This document shows positions 1 to 9,119 of a stretch of 64,000 bases of DNA, one piece after another. Numbering within the stretch: the first letter of the stretch is position 1; every line of letters begins with the position of its first letter. The notes under the pieces were generated by a model. It did no database searches, had not been told where the DNA came from, and was given only the letters and a program-made list of their open reading frames with translations. The stretch lies in assembly GCF_036507355.1 (NCBI RefSeq), contig NZ_AP027877.1; one strand, 5' to 3'. Made by a program: the position numbers and the translations under genes. Source of the DNA: Escherichia coli. GTDB taxonomy: Bacteria; Pseudomonadota; Gammaproteobacteria; Enterobacterales; Enterobacteriaceae.

Positions 1-161
1 TGAAGGCCGCTGTCACTGGTCTGGGTCAGGCGGGTGGAGTACATCGCGCAGAAGGTCGAGTTGGTTATCATCTGAGCGTCAGCCTGCTCGTCGGCGAACG
101 CGCTGTGGCTGAAGGCGGAAAGCAGAATTGTGGCGGTTAACAGTTTTAAAATTTTCATCAT
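1..161 (-). CDS. Secreted protein, N-terminal part only (gene continues beyond window start)
   Basis: Minus-strand ATG at 161-159 gives MMKILKLLTATILLSAFSHSAFA/DEQ..., a typical Sec signal peptide; frame stays open to position 1. Not in the ORF track because it is truncated by the window edge. Confidence 0.4.
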   Translation of the reverse strand, partial: MMKILKLLTATILLSAFSHSAFADEQADAQMITNSTFCAMYSTRLTQTSDSGL

Positions 162-453
162 GTTCCCTTATGGATTGAAAAGCGGAGACAGCCTGCCATA
201 CAGGGTGGTCAGGAGATGTCCGGCAGAGAAAAAAGTCAGGGTTTCAGCGAGGGAGCCAGTCGCCAGCGGTGAGGGCCAGCAGATTCGAGCACAAAGGCCA
301 GTTGAGCGAGGTCCCGTCTTGCGGTCCGGGGAGATACGTCAAACTGCCGGATGATGTAGCGAACAGATATTGTCTGACCGTAAAACAGCACCATGGTCAG
401 CCGGATGAGCCGTTCTCCCTGTCCGGTAGCGTGTTGCCTGCGACGATTAACGT

Positions 454-918
454 TCATCGTTGCCATACGCGCCATCGGTCCCCTTTCTGAAAAGAATCGA
501 GGTGTCTGGCAAGCCAGATATCAGGGCATGAATTGCCGGTAACGCAGCGGGCAGTAAACCGGTGGCAGTTAAAGTCGAGCAGGCTGTAGGGATAGCGCTG
601 ACCCACTGCCGCCTTTGCCCGTTCAGCGGCCTGCGCACAACCCTGAGGCGTCAAATCCATACAATCGGTATACACCGAGATAGCGGAGTTCCAGCCATCG
701 AGCCGGTCAAGAAACCCTTTAGCCTTACTTTTGATAACGGTTCCATCGCCATCAAGATGAACAATATCGCCGTTACCCACATAGATACCGCTGTGTGCGG
801 CAAGGCCAAAAAGCAGTTCGCACTGCACGATACCACCGTAAGCCGGTTCATCGACGCAGGAGAGAATGCAGTTATCGATAAATGAATCCACGAAGTTCAG
901 CAGCAGAAGCCGGTACAT
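454..918 (-). CDS. Permuted NlpC/P60 (LRAT/YiiX-like) Cys-His hydrolase-family protein
   Basis: ORF 454-1089; likely start at internal Met (MYRLLLL...). His-box HSGIYVGNGDIVH precedes Cys-box NCHRF, the LRAT-type permuted order. Confidence 0.45.
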   Translation of the reverse strand: MYRLLLLNFVDSFIDNCILSCVDEPAYGGIVQCELLFGLAAHSGIYVGNGDIVHLDGDGTVIKSKAKGFLDRLDGWNSAISVYTDCMDLTPQGCAQAAERAKAAVGQRYPYSLLDFNCHRFTARCVTGNSCPDIWLARHLDSFQKGDRWRVWQR

Positions 919-976
919 AACATTCAGTTCCTTACTACGGGGGAGAGGGGGGATGCGGGGGAAACGTAGTGAACAC

Positions 977-1405
977 TCAGCTTTCCCACAACGTACGGAC
1001 CGTGAAAACCCCCATATCGTGGTAAGCCATAAAGTTACTTTCCCATAGCGACCAGAACTCACGGGCGTCGACATGAGAGATATCGCCACAACGGGAAAGC
1101 CACGTGTATTGTTGCGTCCAGCTCACATCGACATCTTTTTCAAGCTCAGGCCATGGATGCCCTGCATAATGAAAATCGGTGACGTAATCGAGCTGCCAGT
1201 CTTCTCCGGCAGGGATGAGGCGTATTTCGACCGGATGCCAGCCGCCCTTTTCCGGTGAGTATTCAGGGTCACGGAAGTTAATGGTTAATCCGGTGATGGG
1301 GTGACGATGAGGCGGTTTTTGCGCGAGGATATCCAGAAGCAGTTGGGTGAACGACCGGGAGAGAGGCAGCACATAGCCGCCCTGCAATATTACGGGTGAT
1401 GACAT
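977..1405 (-). CDS. Hypothetical protein (142 aa)
   Basis: Six-frame ORF, same strand and tight spacing with neighbouring ORFs; no family recognised. Confidence 0.4.
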   Translation of the reverse strand: MSSPVILQGGYVLPLSRSFTQLLLDILAQKPPHRHPITGLTINFRDPEYSPEKGGWHPVEIRLIPAGEDWQLDYVTDFHYAGHPWPELEKDVDVSWTQQYTWLSRCGDISHVDAREFWSLWESNFMAYHDMGVFTVRTLWES

Positions 1406-1451
1406 AGTGAATTTCCTGATTTTTGGTTAACAGAACACAGAAAAAGCGGGG

Positions 1452-1883
1452 TTAGTCCTGGCTGAGCGTAGCAAGCTGCGTCATACGATGCTGCCAGTCG
1501 GCATAGCAGCGGTGCATAAAGAGTCTGCTGCTGTCCGCTTCGATAAGGCAGATATCCGGACTTCTGAGTACGGCGGCAAGAAACCCGGCGTTGTTGGTGC
1601 TGCCCTGACCAAATAGTGGTCGAAACACACGCGACGGAAAGCTGTCCTGCTGCTGTTCAAGAATGGCGTGAATCGCATCAAGCGTTATCCATTCACGGGA
1701 GAACAGGCCTCCTTCGCCATTGGCGGTTAAGCGCAGGGCGAGGCTTCCGGTTTCATCCTCCTTACCCAGCTCATACGTCAGCAGTCCCTTACTGTGTGGA
1801 CTGATTTTCTCGGCTTCACCCCTGTAGAACACGGTATAGCTTTCGGTGACGGCGGCTTCGGTAGCGACTTTTTTCTTACTCAT
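1452..1883 (-). CDS. Hypothetical protein (143 aa)
   Basis: Six-frame ORF in apparent leftward operon; no family recognised. Confidence 0.4.
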   Translation of the reverse strand: MSKKKVATEAAVTESYTVFYRGEAEKISPHSKGLLTYELGKEDETGSLALRLTANGEGGLFSREWITLDAIHAILEQQQDSFPSRVFRPLFGQGSTNNAGFLAAVLRSPDICLIEADSSRLFMHRCYADWQHRMTQLATLSQD

Positions 1884-2247
1884 GGTTCAGCGCCTCAATC
1901 AGGTTCTGGAGTTGAGTGATAACGGTCGTGTCCGGGAACACCAGATAGATACCCTGTCCGTTATCGCAGACGATACCGAGCAGGAGATACCAGCCATCAT
2001 CAAGTGCGGTGACGTATTCCGGGTTAGCCAGTGCCACTGCCAGCAGCGGGTCTTCGGGGAGGGTGTCATCGTGGTTGAGATGCCAGAGCAGGGTTCTTGT
2101 TTCTTTCCAGAAAGCAGTAAACAGGTCGATATCATCTACGGGGCCAAGAATTTCATTGCTGAGGGCTTCCAGCGCGGAGGCTGGCAGGTTGAGAAGGGAA
2201 ATACTGGTAGGGGTTGTGAGTTTGTACATAGTTATCTCCATCATCAA
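1876..2247 (-). CDS. Hypothetical protein (117-123 aa)
   Basis: ORF with GGAG Shine-Dalgarno upstream of the internal Met (MYKLTTP...), so the start is probably 2229; stop overlaps next gene start by 8 nt. Confidence 0.4.
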   Translation of the reverse strand: MMMEITMYKLTTPTSISLLNLPASALEALSNEILGPVDDIDLFTAFWKETRTLLWHLNHDDTLPEDPLLAVALANPEYVTALDDGWYLLLGIVCDNGQGIYLVFPDTTVITQLQNLIEALNHE

Positions 2248-2457
2248 TCGAATATCATGGAAATAATATGTGTCCGTTTTAAGGGCTATTACAGGCTTGG
2301 TGTGTTGGATTTGTTTTTCTTATTACGAACAAATAGCGACTGGCTCAGGCCGGGATTGTTTAGAGACAGATTCAGCATAGATTCGTAAAAATAAAAACTA
2401 TTAGCGCGAGATCCTCTGTTTATGCCGTGACAGTTAACTGATAGGAGGCTTGTTGGT

Positions 2458-3161
2458 TGGATTTGCCCCTATATTTCCAGACACCTGTTATCACTTAACC
2501 CATTACTGGCCCGCTGCCGCAGATATTCCCGTGGCGAGCGATAACCCAGCGCACTATGCGGATGCCATTCGTTATAATGCTCGAACGCCTCTGCAAGGTT
2601 CTTTGCTGCCGTTAACCCGTCTGGTTTGGGCATGATACTTATGTAGTCACGCTTTATCGTTTTCACGAAGCTCTCTGCTATTCCGTTACTCTCCGGACTC
2701 CGCACTGCCGTGTTCTTCGGTTCAAGTCCCAACATCCTGGCGAACTGACGTGTTTCATTCGCCCGGTAGCATGAACCATTATCCGTCAGCCACTCCACTG
2801 GAGACGCCGGAAGCTCGCTGCCAAAGCGGCGTTCCACTGCTCCCAGCATGACGTCCTGTACTGTTTCACTGTCGAAGCCACCCGTTGTGACCCCCCAGTG
2901 CAGTGCCTCACGGTCACAGCAGTCCAACGCGAACGTGACCCGCAGTTTTTCTCCGTTATCACAGCGGAACTCAAACCCGTCAGAGCACCATCGCTGATTA
3001 CTTTCTTTCACAGCCACTCTGCCGGTATGTGCCCGTTTCGATGGCGGTACAGCGGGTTTTCGCTCAAGCAACAGCGCATTCTGGCGCATGATCCGGTAAA
3101 CACGTTTGGCATTGATCGCAGGCATACCATCAAGTTCTGTTTGTCTGCGAAGCAGCGCCCA
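2458..3161 (-). mobile_element. IS2 remnant: right inverted repeat plus 3' part of orfB (IS3-family transposase), 5' portion deleted
   Basis: ORF 2469-3125 matches the IS2 OrfB C-terminal region as I remember it (...[36 protein letters not shown]...[12 protein letters not shown]); terminus TGGATTTGCCCCTATATTTCCAGACA at 2458. Similarity stops abruptly near 3161. Confidence 0.8.
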
Positions 3162-3636
3162 TAACGCAGCCCTTGCCTTACTGGTGTTTCTGGCCCTGAC
3201 CGGATTACGCCTTGGTGAAACCCGTTATCTTCTGCTTGAGGATATCGACTGGTCCCGTCAGACCATCACTTTGCGAGAAACTAAAAACGGTAAGCTTCGC
3301 TGTGTGCCAGTGGGTGATAAGGCCTTTGTTCTTCTGACTGAGCAGCGCCAGCACTTGGGCGATAAAGGCTGGGTTTTCCCCGGCTATAACACAACTAATC
3401 CGGTTGCAGAACCACGCCGTCTGCAAAAGCGTATATGTGAGAAAGCCGGTATTTCACCATTCACTATTCATGAGATGCGACACACTTTCGCCACGAAACT
3501 TATCGAGAGTGGGGCTGACATCCATACCATCAAAGATTTACTGGGCCACAGCACCATAAAGGTTACCGAGAGGTACCTACATGGCAGCCCGGTGCGCTAC
3601 CACGAGGCCATTAACAAGGCGATGGATACGTTCTAG
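3160..3636 (+). pseudogene. Tyrosine recombinase (phage-type integrase) C-terminal catalytic fragment, N-terminus missing
   Basis: ORF 3106-3636 carries integrase catalytic motifs (HEMRHTFAT, LLGHSTIKVTERYLH) but only ~160 aa; directly abuts the truncated IS2 segment. Confidence 0.7.
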
Positions 3637-3717
3637 GTATAAGCATAACTATCCACAGGCAGGTTAGTTCCTTTTTCCCTGCACGCGATTTATCTGTTTT
3701 TAATTGAGGATTAGATA

Positions 3718-5643
3718 ATGAATAACATAGTGACACCCGCCCCCTTAACGACAATGGCGCGTTTTGCCTGTTCGAAACTGAATGGATTTCTGGCTCGTCG
3801 GGCTTTGCATCAGGCAAATGCGAAGAAAATCCTTAAAAAGGCAATTGCAATCAGCATTGCGGTCGATGAGATTTCGGCAAAAGGGGGGCGTGATGGTCTG
3901 CCTGATGGGTTTGTTAACTCACCGCATGGGCTTTTTTATGATGATGGCAAAAAAGTGTTTCAGCTCAGTTCTACTGCTATTGTTCCCGTCAGCAGGCATT
4001 ATTCAGCGTGTAAGAAGCGCAATATGGGTGTCGAACTCATGACCATTAATCATGCGGGTCAGTATGTCTGCGCTGAAATTTCACTGAGCAACGTTACGCT
4101 AAACCCCGATAGTGTGATTGGCTCCCTGACAGCGCAAGGTTTCGGTATCCCTATGACGGTAAAGACGAAAGAGCTGTTGGCGCAGTTCTTACAGACATGT
4201 ATGAAGCAAGCGCTGGCTCTCCCTACCTACCTTGTCGCTGATTCAATGGGATTTGTACCCGGCAAGAAAGCGTTCTTACATGGCAATATGCCTTTAGCAC
4301 AGAACATCCCTGGGTTTGATTACCTTATTTCCGTTCAGCGTACACCCGCAGGGATCGTTGAGTCCGGCACGCTGGATGCGTGGAAGGCTCTGGTGAAAAA
4401 GAATGTCCATGGATGGCCACAGATTTTTGCATTGTGTTCTGCCTTTGCGTCCATGCTGGTTGCATTGTGTAAAATGGATGTGGCGATGTTTCACTTCTAT
4501 GGTGGGTCAACGACTGGAAAAACGATCCTTCTCCAGCTTGCGATGTCAGTTCATGGTCATGGCGGGGAGCCGGGAAGTGGAAAGCTTGTCAATGTTCTTC
4601 GCTGGAATACCACGGTGAATGCGCTAGAGAAGCGACTGAGTCAGTTCTCAGGCCTGCTGGCATGTGTGGATGAGTTGGGGGCTTATAAACAAAAGGACTT
4701 CGCTTCGCTCCTGTACAACATTACCGCCGGTCAGGGTAAAAGCAGAATGGACAAGAATCTGGATATACGTGAGCTTTATACATGGGAAATGTTAATTCTC
4801 TCCGCAGGTGAAATGTCCATTTCTGAGAAGCTAGCGACGGAAAAAGAACATCTTCAGGGTGGACAGGAACATCGCGCCATTAGCCTCAATGTTTTGCCTG
4901 AAGATGCCCGTAAAGACGGCGAATCATCAGAAAGGGTACGCTGCCGCGCTGATAGTCTGAAAAATGGCCTGAGTGAAGTTTATGGTACGGCGGGTAAGGA
5001 ATTTATTGCTAATTTGCTGGCACTGGATAATGACGATGATGAACCGCAGTCCTGGGATGAAATGTGCCTGTCTATTCAGGGGGCAGTAGAAGAACAACGT
5101 GACAGTCTTGTCGGTGAGCTGCAGGAAGAAGGTTATGCACTTAGTGACATTCAGCTGCGTGCATTAAAACGATTTTCCCTATGTTTGTGTGCCGGAATCC
5201 TGGCAGCATCATGGAATATCCTTCCGTTCAGTGAAGATATTATTAAGGGTGCGGTAATGAGCGCGGCTCGTCGCTGGCTGGATGATAAACCAAACCAGTA
5301 TAGCCCACTAAAGCAGGTGCTTACGGCTATCCAGCACGATCTTCTCACAACCAGAGCGTCCCATTTAATGCCGTTGCTTGATGAGGATGCGCATACCCCA
5401 TACAACCACTGGGGGTACACGGATAAGAACGATAACATGATGATTTTCGCTCCTGTTTTTGAAGGCTGGTGTGCCAAAAAAGGCATTAAACCTGCTGATG
5501 TGGCGAAAGCATTGGCAAAAAAAAATCACCTCAAACCAGAAAGTCAGGGCCACTACAAAAAACGTCCTCAGAAGGGAGTTCAGCAACCTTTTTATCTGGT
5601 TATGAATACATTTCTTGGCTGTAACATTGGCGCTGACTTTTAA
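3718..5643 (+). CDS. DUF927-like protein with P-loop NTPase (primase/helicase-like replication protein of integrative elements)
   Basis: 641-aa ORF with Walker A GGSTTGKT and Walker B-like CVDELG; architecture recalled from P4-like/integrative-element replication proteins. Confidence 0.55.
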   Translation: MNNIVTPAPLTTMARFACSKLNGFLARRALHQANAKKILKKAIAISIAVDEISAKGGRDGLPDGFVNSPHGLFYDDGKKVFQLSSTAIVPVSRHYSACKKRNMGVELMTINHAGQYVCAEISLSNVTLNPDSVIGSLTAQGFGIPMTVKTKELLAQFLQTCMKQALALPTYLVADSMGFVPGKKAFLHGNMPLAQNIPGFDYLISVQRTPAGIVESGTLDAWKALVKKNVHGWPQIFALCSAFASMLVALCKMDVAMFHFYGGSTTGKTILLQLAMSVHGHGGEPGSGKLVNVLRWNTTVNALEKRLSQFSGLLACVDELGAYKQKDFASLLYNITAGQGKSRMDKNLDIRELYTWEMLILSAGEMSISEKLATEKEHLQGGQEHRAISLNVLPEDARKDGESSERVRCRADSLKNGLSEVYGTAGKEFIANLLALDNDDDEPQSWDEMCLSIQGAVEEQRDSLVGELQEEGYALSDIQLRALKRFSLCLCAGILAASWNILPFSEDIIKGAVMSAARRWLDDKPNQYSPLKQVLTAIQHDLLTTRASHLMPLLDEDAHTPYNHWGYTDKNDNMMIFAPVFEGWCAKKGIKPADVAKALAKKNHLKPESQGHYKKRPQKGVQQPFYLVMNTFLGCNIGADF

Positions 5644-5818
5644 GAGGGAGCAGGAATAGAGATTAAATAATATAAGGTTAATTAAGATTTTCCGTGCCGT
5701 AATTTAAATTGTAGGATCCGGAAATATAATCTGAATGCTCAGAGGGCAGGTTGTGCACAAAATGGGCATTTAATTTTTTAATTATTCAACATATATATCA
5801 ACTAAAGGTAATTTTAAA

Positions 5819-6238
5819 ATGTATCATACAACTCCTGATGAATGTCCTGAGTTTCCACAGGCGATTAGTTCCGAAAATGTGGGGAAAGTAAAATTTACAC
5901 GTTACAGGCTCTTAATGACACAGGCTCAATGCAATTTTTATGGTATTCAACGAGAGATTTTTGATGGCGAATTTCCTGCTCTTAGAGCAATTGTTAAAGG
6001 TGATTTTCAAATCGAATTTTTTGTGAAATATAAGTGTAGAGGGCTGGATTACTATGGTTCTCTTGGTGATTGGCCTCATATGACAATTAGTGATGCAAAA
6101 GAAATCGCAGAGGGAGTTTTCAATAACTGCGATGACTCCCACCGTAATAACTGGGAGGGTGAAAATGATAGCGATAGTATCGAAGAAGACATGATGAGCT
6201 ATTTTGAAAATGGTATTCCATTCGGCAATAATTCATAG
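5819..6238 (+). CDS. Hypothetical small acidic protein in very AT-rich segment
   Basis: 139-aa ORF with no recognisable family; surrounding 5640-6300 is conspicuously AT-rich. Confidence 0.35.
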   Translation: MYHTTPDECPEFPQAISSENVGKVKFTRYRLLMTQAQCNFYGIQREIFDGEFPALRAIVKGDFQIEFFVKYKCRGLDYYGSLGDWPHMTISDAKEIAEGVFNNCDDSHRNNWEGENDSDSIEEDMMSYFENGIPFGNNS

Positions 6239-6335
6239 GTTTATACTGGATTTTCACGTCAGTAACGAAATCGAAATTCGCACATGAAAACATCTATATC
6301 TATGAGGTAGTTACTTATCGATAAACGACTGTGAA

Positions 6336-6364
6336 AGCAGAGGGGCGGCCCCTCTGCTTTTTTT
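6336..6364 (+). terminator. Rho-independent terminator hairpin between convergent genes
   Basis: GCAGAGGGGCGGCCCCTCTGC stem followed by a T-run. Confidence 0.5.
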
Positions 6365-6365
6365 G

Positions 6366-7553
6366 CTACAACGTATCGGGTAACTGAGCGCGGATACGTT
6401 CCGCCAGTAACTGACTGGTGTTCTGTAAGCGCTGAGGATGAAGATGTGCATAACGCTGTGAAGACTGACTGCTACGGTGCCCCAGTTGAGCCTGAACGTC
6501 ATATAGCGTACCGCCGTAGGACACGATGAGGGCGGCAACCGAATGGCGGCAGGTATGGATACACACTTCCTTGTCGAAAATTCCCGCCCGACGCACGATA
6601 CGCTGAAAGGCTTTAACCGGGTTACTCAGCGGCATTCCCTGTTTTTTACCAATAAACAACCACGGATTTCCCCGCTGCGTTGGCAGCGTTCTGATTACGT
6701 CCATCGCCAGTGAGTTAAGGTGAACAATCCGTCCATAGCCATTCTTGGTTTCAGGGAGCCACAGGGTGCGTTTAACCGGGTCAACATGCTCCCACTTTGC
6801 CAGACGCAGCTCATCGCGGCGAAGGCCGGTCAATAACAGCAGTTTGACATAGCGGGCAGCTACAGGGCTGGTATCGTTATCGGCGGAGAGAAAAATACGA
6901 CGAATTTCGTCCTCGGTAAAATAACGCTGTCGGGCGTTGTTCTCCCTGAGTAGCTGTACCACCCTTGCCGGATGAACAGAGGTCATGCTTTGCCTTCCGG
7001 CCCATGTAAAGACGGCTTTAATGAGTACGATGACACGGTTACAGGTAGCCGCTGACAGGGAAGTACTTAACGTCTGCTGAAGGCGCAGAATGCTCGCTGG
7101 TGTGATATCGCTCAGCAGCCTCTGACCAATGGCGGGACGGATATGATCGCGGTAGCGCTGAACATCCTTTCCCCAACTGCGTTTAGCGGATTTTGCCCAT
7201 GGCAGATAATGCTGATTAAAGAGTTCATCGAACGTCAGCTCCATTCTCTTGTTTTCACGCTCCTGCTTAGGGTCAGTGCCGGTGGCAAGGGAACGTTTGT
7301 GTTCTATGGCAATCTGACGGGCAAGATTGACGTCCACTTCAGGCCAGTGACCAATGGCGATGGCGCGTTTTCGTCCATGATAGAGGTAGCGGAGCAAAAA
7401 CTTTTTACGACCTTCTTTTCTGCTGACCAGACACTTGAGGCCGGAAATCTCGGTGTCGCTGTATTCGGCATCGGTGCTGCGTGCATCTGATGTGTTAGGG
7501 GGCAGTGATTTAATGAGCTGATTAGTAAAACGGAAGCGTTTGGGAGTGGACAT
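6366..7553 (-). CDS. int: P4-type tyrosine integrase
   Basis: 395-aa ORF with arm-binding-like N-terminus and catalytic R..HxxR..Y region (HTCRHSVAALIV, LGHRSSQSSQRYAHL); lies 7.3 kb from tRNA-Phe and is transcribed away from it. Confidence 0.85.
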   Translation of the reverse strand: MSTPKRFRFTNQLIKSLPPNTSDARSTDAEYSDTEISGLKCLVSRKEGRKKFLLRYLYHGRKRAIAIGHWPEVDVNLARQIAIEHKRSLATGTDPKQERENKRMELTFDELFNQHYLPWAKSAKRSWGKDVQRYRDHIRPAIGQRLLSDITPASILRLQQTLSTSLSAATCNRVIVLIKAVFTWAGRQSMTSVHPARVVQLLRENNARQRYFTEDEIRRIFLSADNDTSPVAARYVKLLLLTGLRRDELRLAKWEHVDPVKRTLWLPETKNGYGRIVHLNSLAMDVIRTLPTQRGNPWLFIGKKQGMPLSNPVKAFQRIVRRAGIFDKEVCIHTCRHSVAALIVSYGGTLYDVQAQLGHRSSQSSQRYAHLHPQRLQNTSQLLAERIRAQLPDTL

Positions 7554-7985
7554 ATAACCTCCTGTGACTGGTGTAAAGAACGTCAGGGTTGACCCATCCC
7601 CGGCACGGCGTTGTTAATGGCTAAGTTGATTTTCTGGCATGGCGAAGGGAATGCTGGTGCCACATGGTATGAATTAAGACGGGAAATGCAGAAAGAGCAG
7701 GCTTTACGGTCTGATTCTGGTCTTAAGGGAAAAGATTGCCGTTGGGGAAGAGTTCACAGAAATAATATGTGTTTCAGTCTAGAACAATTACATGCCATGA
7801 GGATCAAGAGAGTTGCCCGTATATGGCAGGTATCAAAGTTGGTTATGGATGTTGCCAAAACATAGTGGGGATGGATGTTGAAGTGCTAACTTGATGTTTT
7901 TAATGGGAAAGTGTAAATTGCGTGATGCGTTGCACTCATGTAGATAACACCATTGAAAGTATCAAATTGTTTGAAAAAAAATCAT

Positions 7986-8056
7986 CTTTGATCAACCTTA
8001 AGATTGTTTCTAGATGGTAAAATCTTCATATGGGAAAGAGCTCACTGGTAAGGAAG
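7986..8056 (+). promoter_or_regulatory. Putative promoter and RBS for the four-gene operon
   Basis: AT-rich divergent intergenic region; TTGATC ... TGGTAAAAT (extended -10-like) and AGGAAG 10 nt before the ATG at 8067. By eye only. Confidence 0.25.
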
Positions 8057-8066
8057 ACAAATCCTG

Positions 8067-9119
8067 ATGGGGATCATCGTACGAATTCTTAAAGCTAACC
8101 ATGGCGATTGCATTTTGGTGAGCCATGAAAGCGGTTCAGGCACTCTCAACTTGCTCATTGATGGGGGACCTGCGACGACATTCAGGTATGGCATTAGGCA
8201 GCGCTATTCTGGAGCATTGAGTAACGCTCTCGATGATCTGAAAGGAAAGGGGCAAAACATTGATCTGGCTATCCTGACCCACATTGATGATGATCACATA
8301 AATGGTTTTATCAAGGCATTCGAAAGTCCAAACTATCTGCGTCAGCTGGTTAAATCGATCTGGTTCAATTCTTCGAGGTTAATCACACATCATTTTAATG
8401 TGCCTGAAATTTGTGAAAATAATATTTTCTTGCAGGAAGTTTCCCCTGAAACTAGCGTTAAACAGGGGCAAGAACTTGAGGCATTACTTGATGAAATCGG
8501 ATGTGTGCGAGCACCGCTCATTATGGCAGGGCAAATCTACAAAGTAGGCCCGATTACTTTAACAGCACTTTCACCTGAACGAAGACAACTCGAACAGCTT
8601 TTGCATAAGTGGCCAACGGAAGTAAGTTCAGCTGACACTTCTTCATATGAGAATGATTATCACCGTTCATTGGACGAAATTTGGGCAGATGATAGATTTG
8701 AATCTGACTCATCTATTTATAATGGAAGCTCAATTGCATTTTTACTGGAAACAGATGACAAAAAAATGCTTTTTTTAGGAGACGCCAATGACCAAGTTGT
8801 TACAAAAAATTTAAGAGCATTGGGCTATAGCGAAACAAACAAGTTGAAGCTGGATCTGGTTAAAGTTTCGCATCATGGTAGTCAATACAACACAAGCAAC
8901 GAATTTCTTTCAATACTAGATTCTCCATGCTTTGTTATTTCAACCAATGGTTCGAAGCATGGTCTTCCTAATAAAAGGACTATTGCAAGGATCTTAAAGG
9001 AAACAGATGGTGATATTTATTTTAATTACAGCAATGTAATTACTCCGCTGCTTTTAGCGCATGAAGCTGAGAGCTATTCTTCTCGTCTAAAAGTGCTAGG
9101 TGATGAGATTAAATTCTAA
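8067..9119 (+). CDS. Metallo-beta-lactamase-fold hydrolase (putative nuclease)
   Basis: 350-aa ORF with MBL motifs in canonical order: LIDGG, THIDDDH (8278-8298), FLGDAN, VSHHGS. Confidence 0.7.
   Translation: MGIIVRILKANHGDCILVSHESGSGTLNLLIDGGPATTFRYGIRQRYSGALSNALDDLKGKGQNIDLAILTHIDDDHINGFIKAFESPNYLRQLVKSIWFNSSRLITHHFNVPEICENNIFLQEVSPETSVKQGQELEALLDEIGCVRAPLIMAGQIYKVGPITLTALSPERRQLEQLLHKWPTEVSSADTSSYENDYHRSLDEIWADDRFESDSSIYNGSSIAFLLETDDKKMLFLGDANDQVVTKNLRALGYSETNKLKLDLVKVSHHGSQYNTSNEFLSILDSPCFVISTNGSKHGLPNKRTIARILKETDGDIYFNYSNVITPLLLAHEAESYSSRLKVLGDEIKF

Noticed and set aside
130-475. Overlapping ORFs 130-354 (+) and 236-475 (-)
   Set aside because: Mutually overlapping, no recognisable motifs, and located in the likely promoter region of the partial signal-peptide gene; probably non-coding.
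454-2247. Idea that the left operon is the CbtA/CbeA (YeeV/YeeU)-type toxin-antitoxin cassette common near E. coli island ends
   Set aside because: Translations do not resemble those families as I remember them; the only recognisable fold is the permuted NlpC/P60 motif pair, so no TA name was assigned.
7554-8066. Possible second att site (copy of the pheV 3' end) separating the operon from the integrase as a tandem element
   Set aside because: Manual scan found only a 7-nt chance match (TGGTGCC at 7663-7669) and no extended repeat of the tRNA 3' end.
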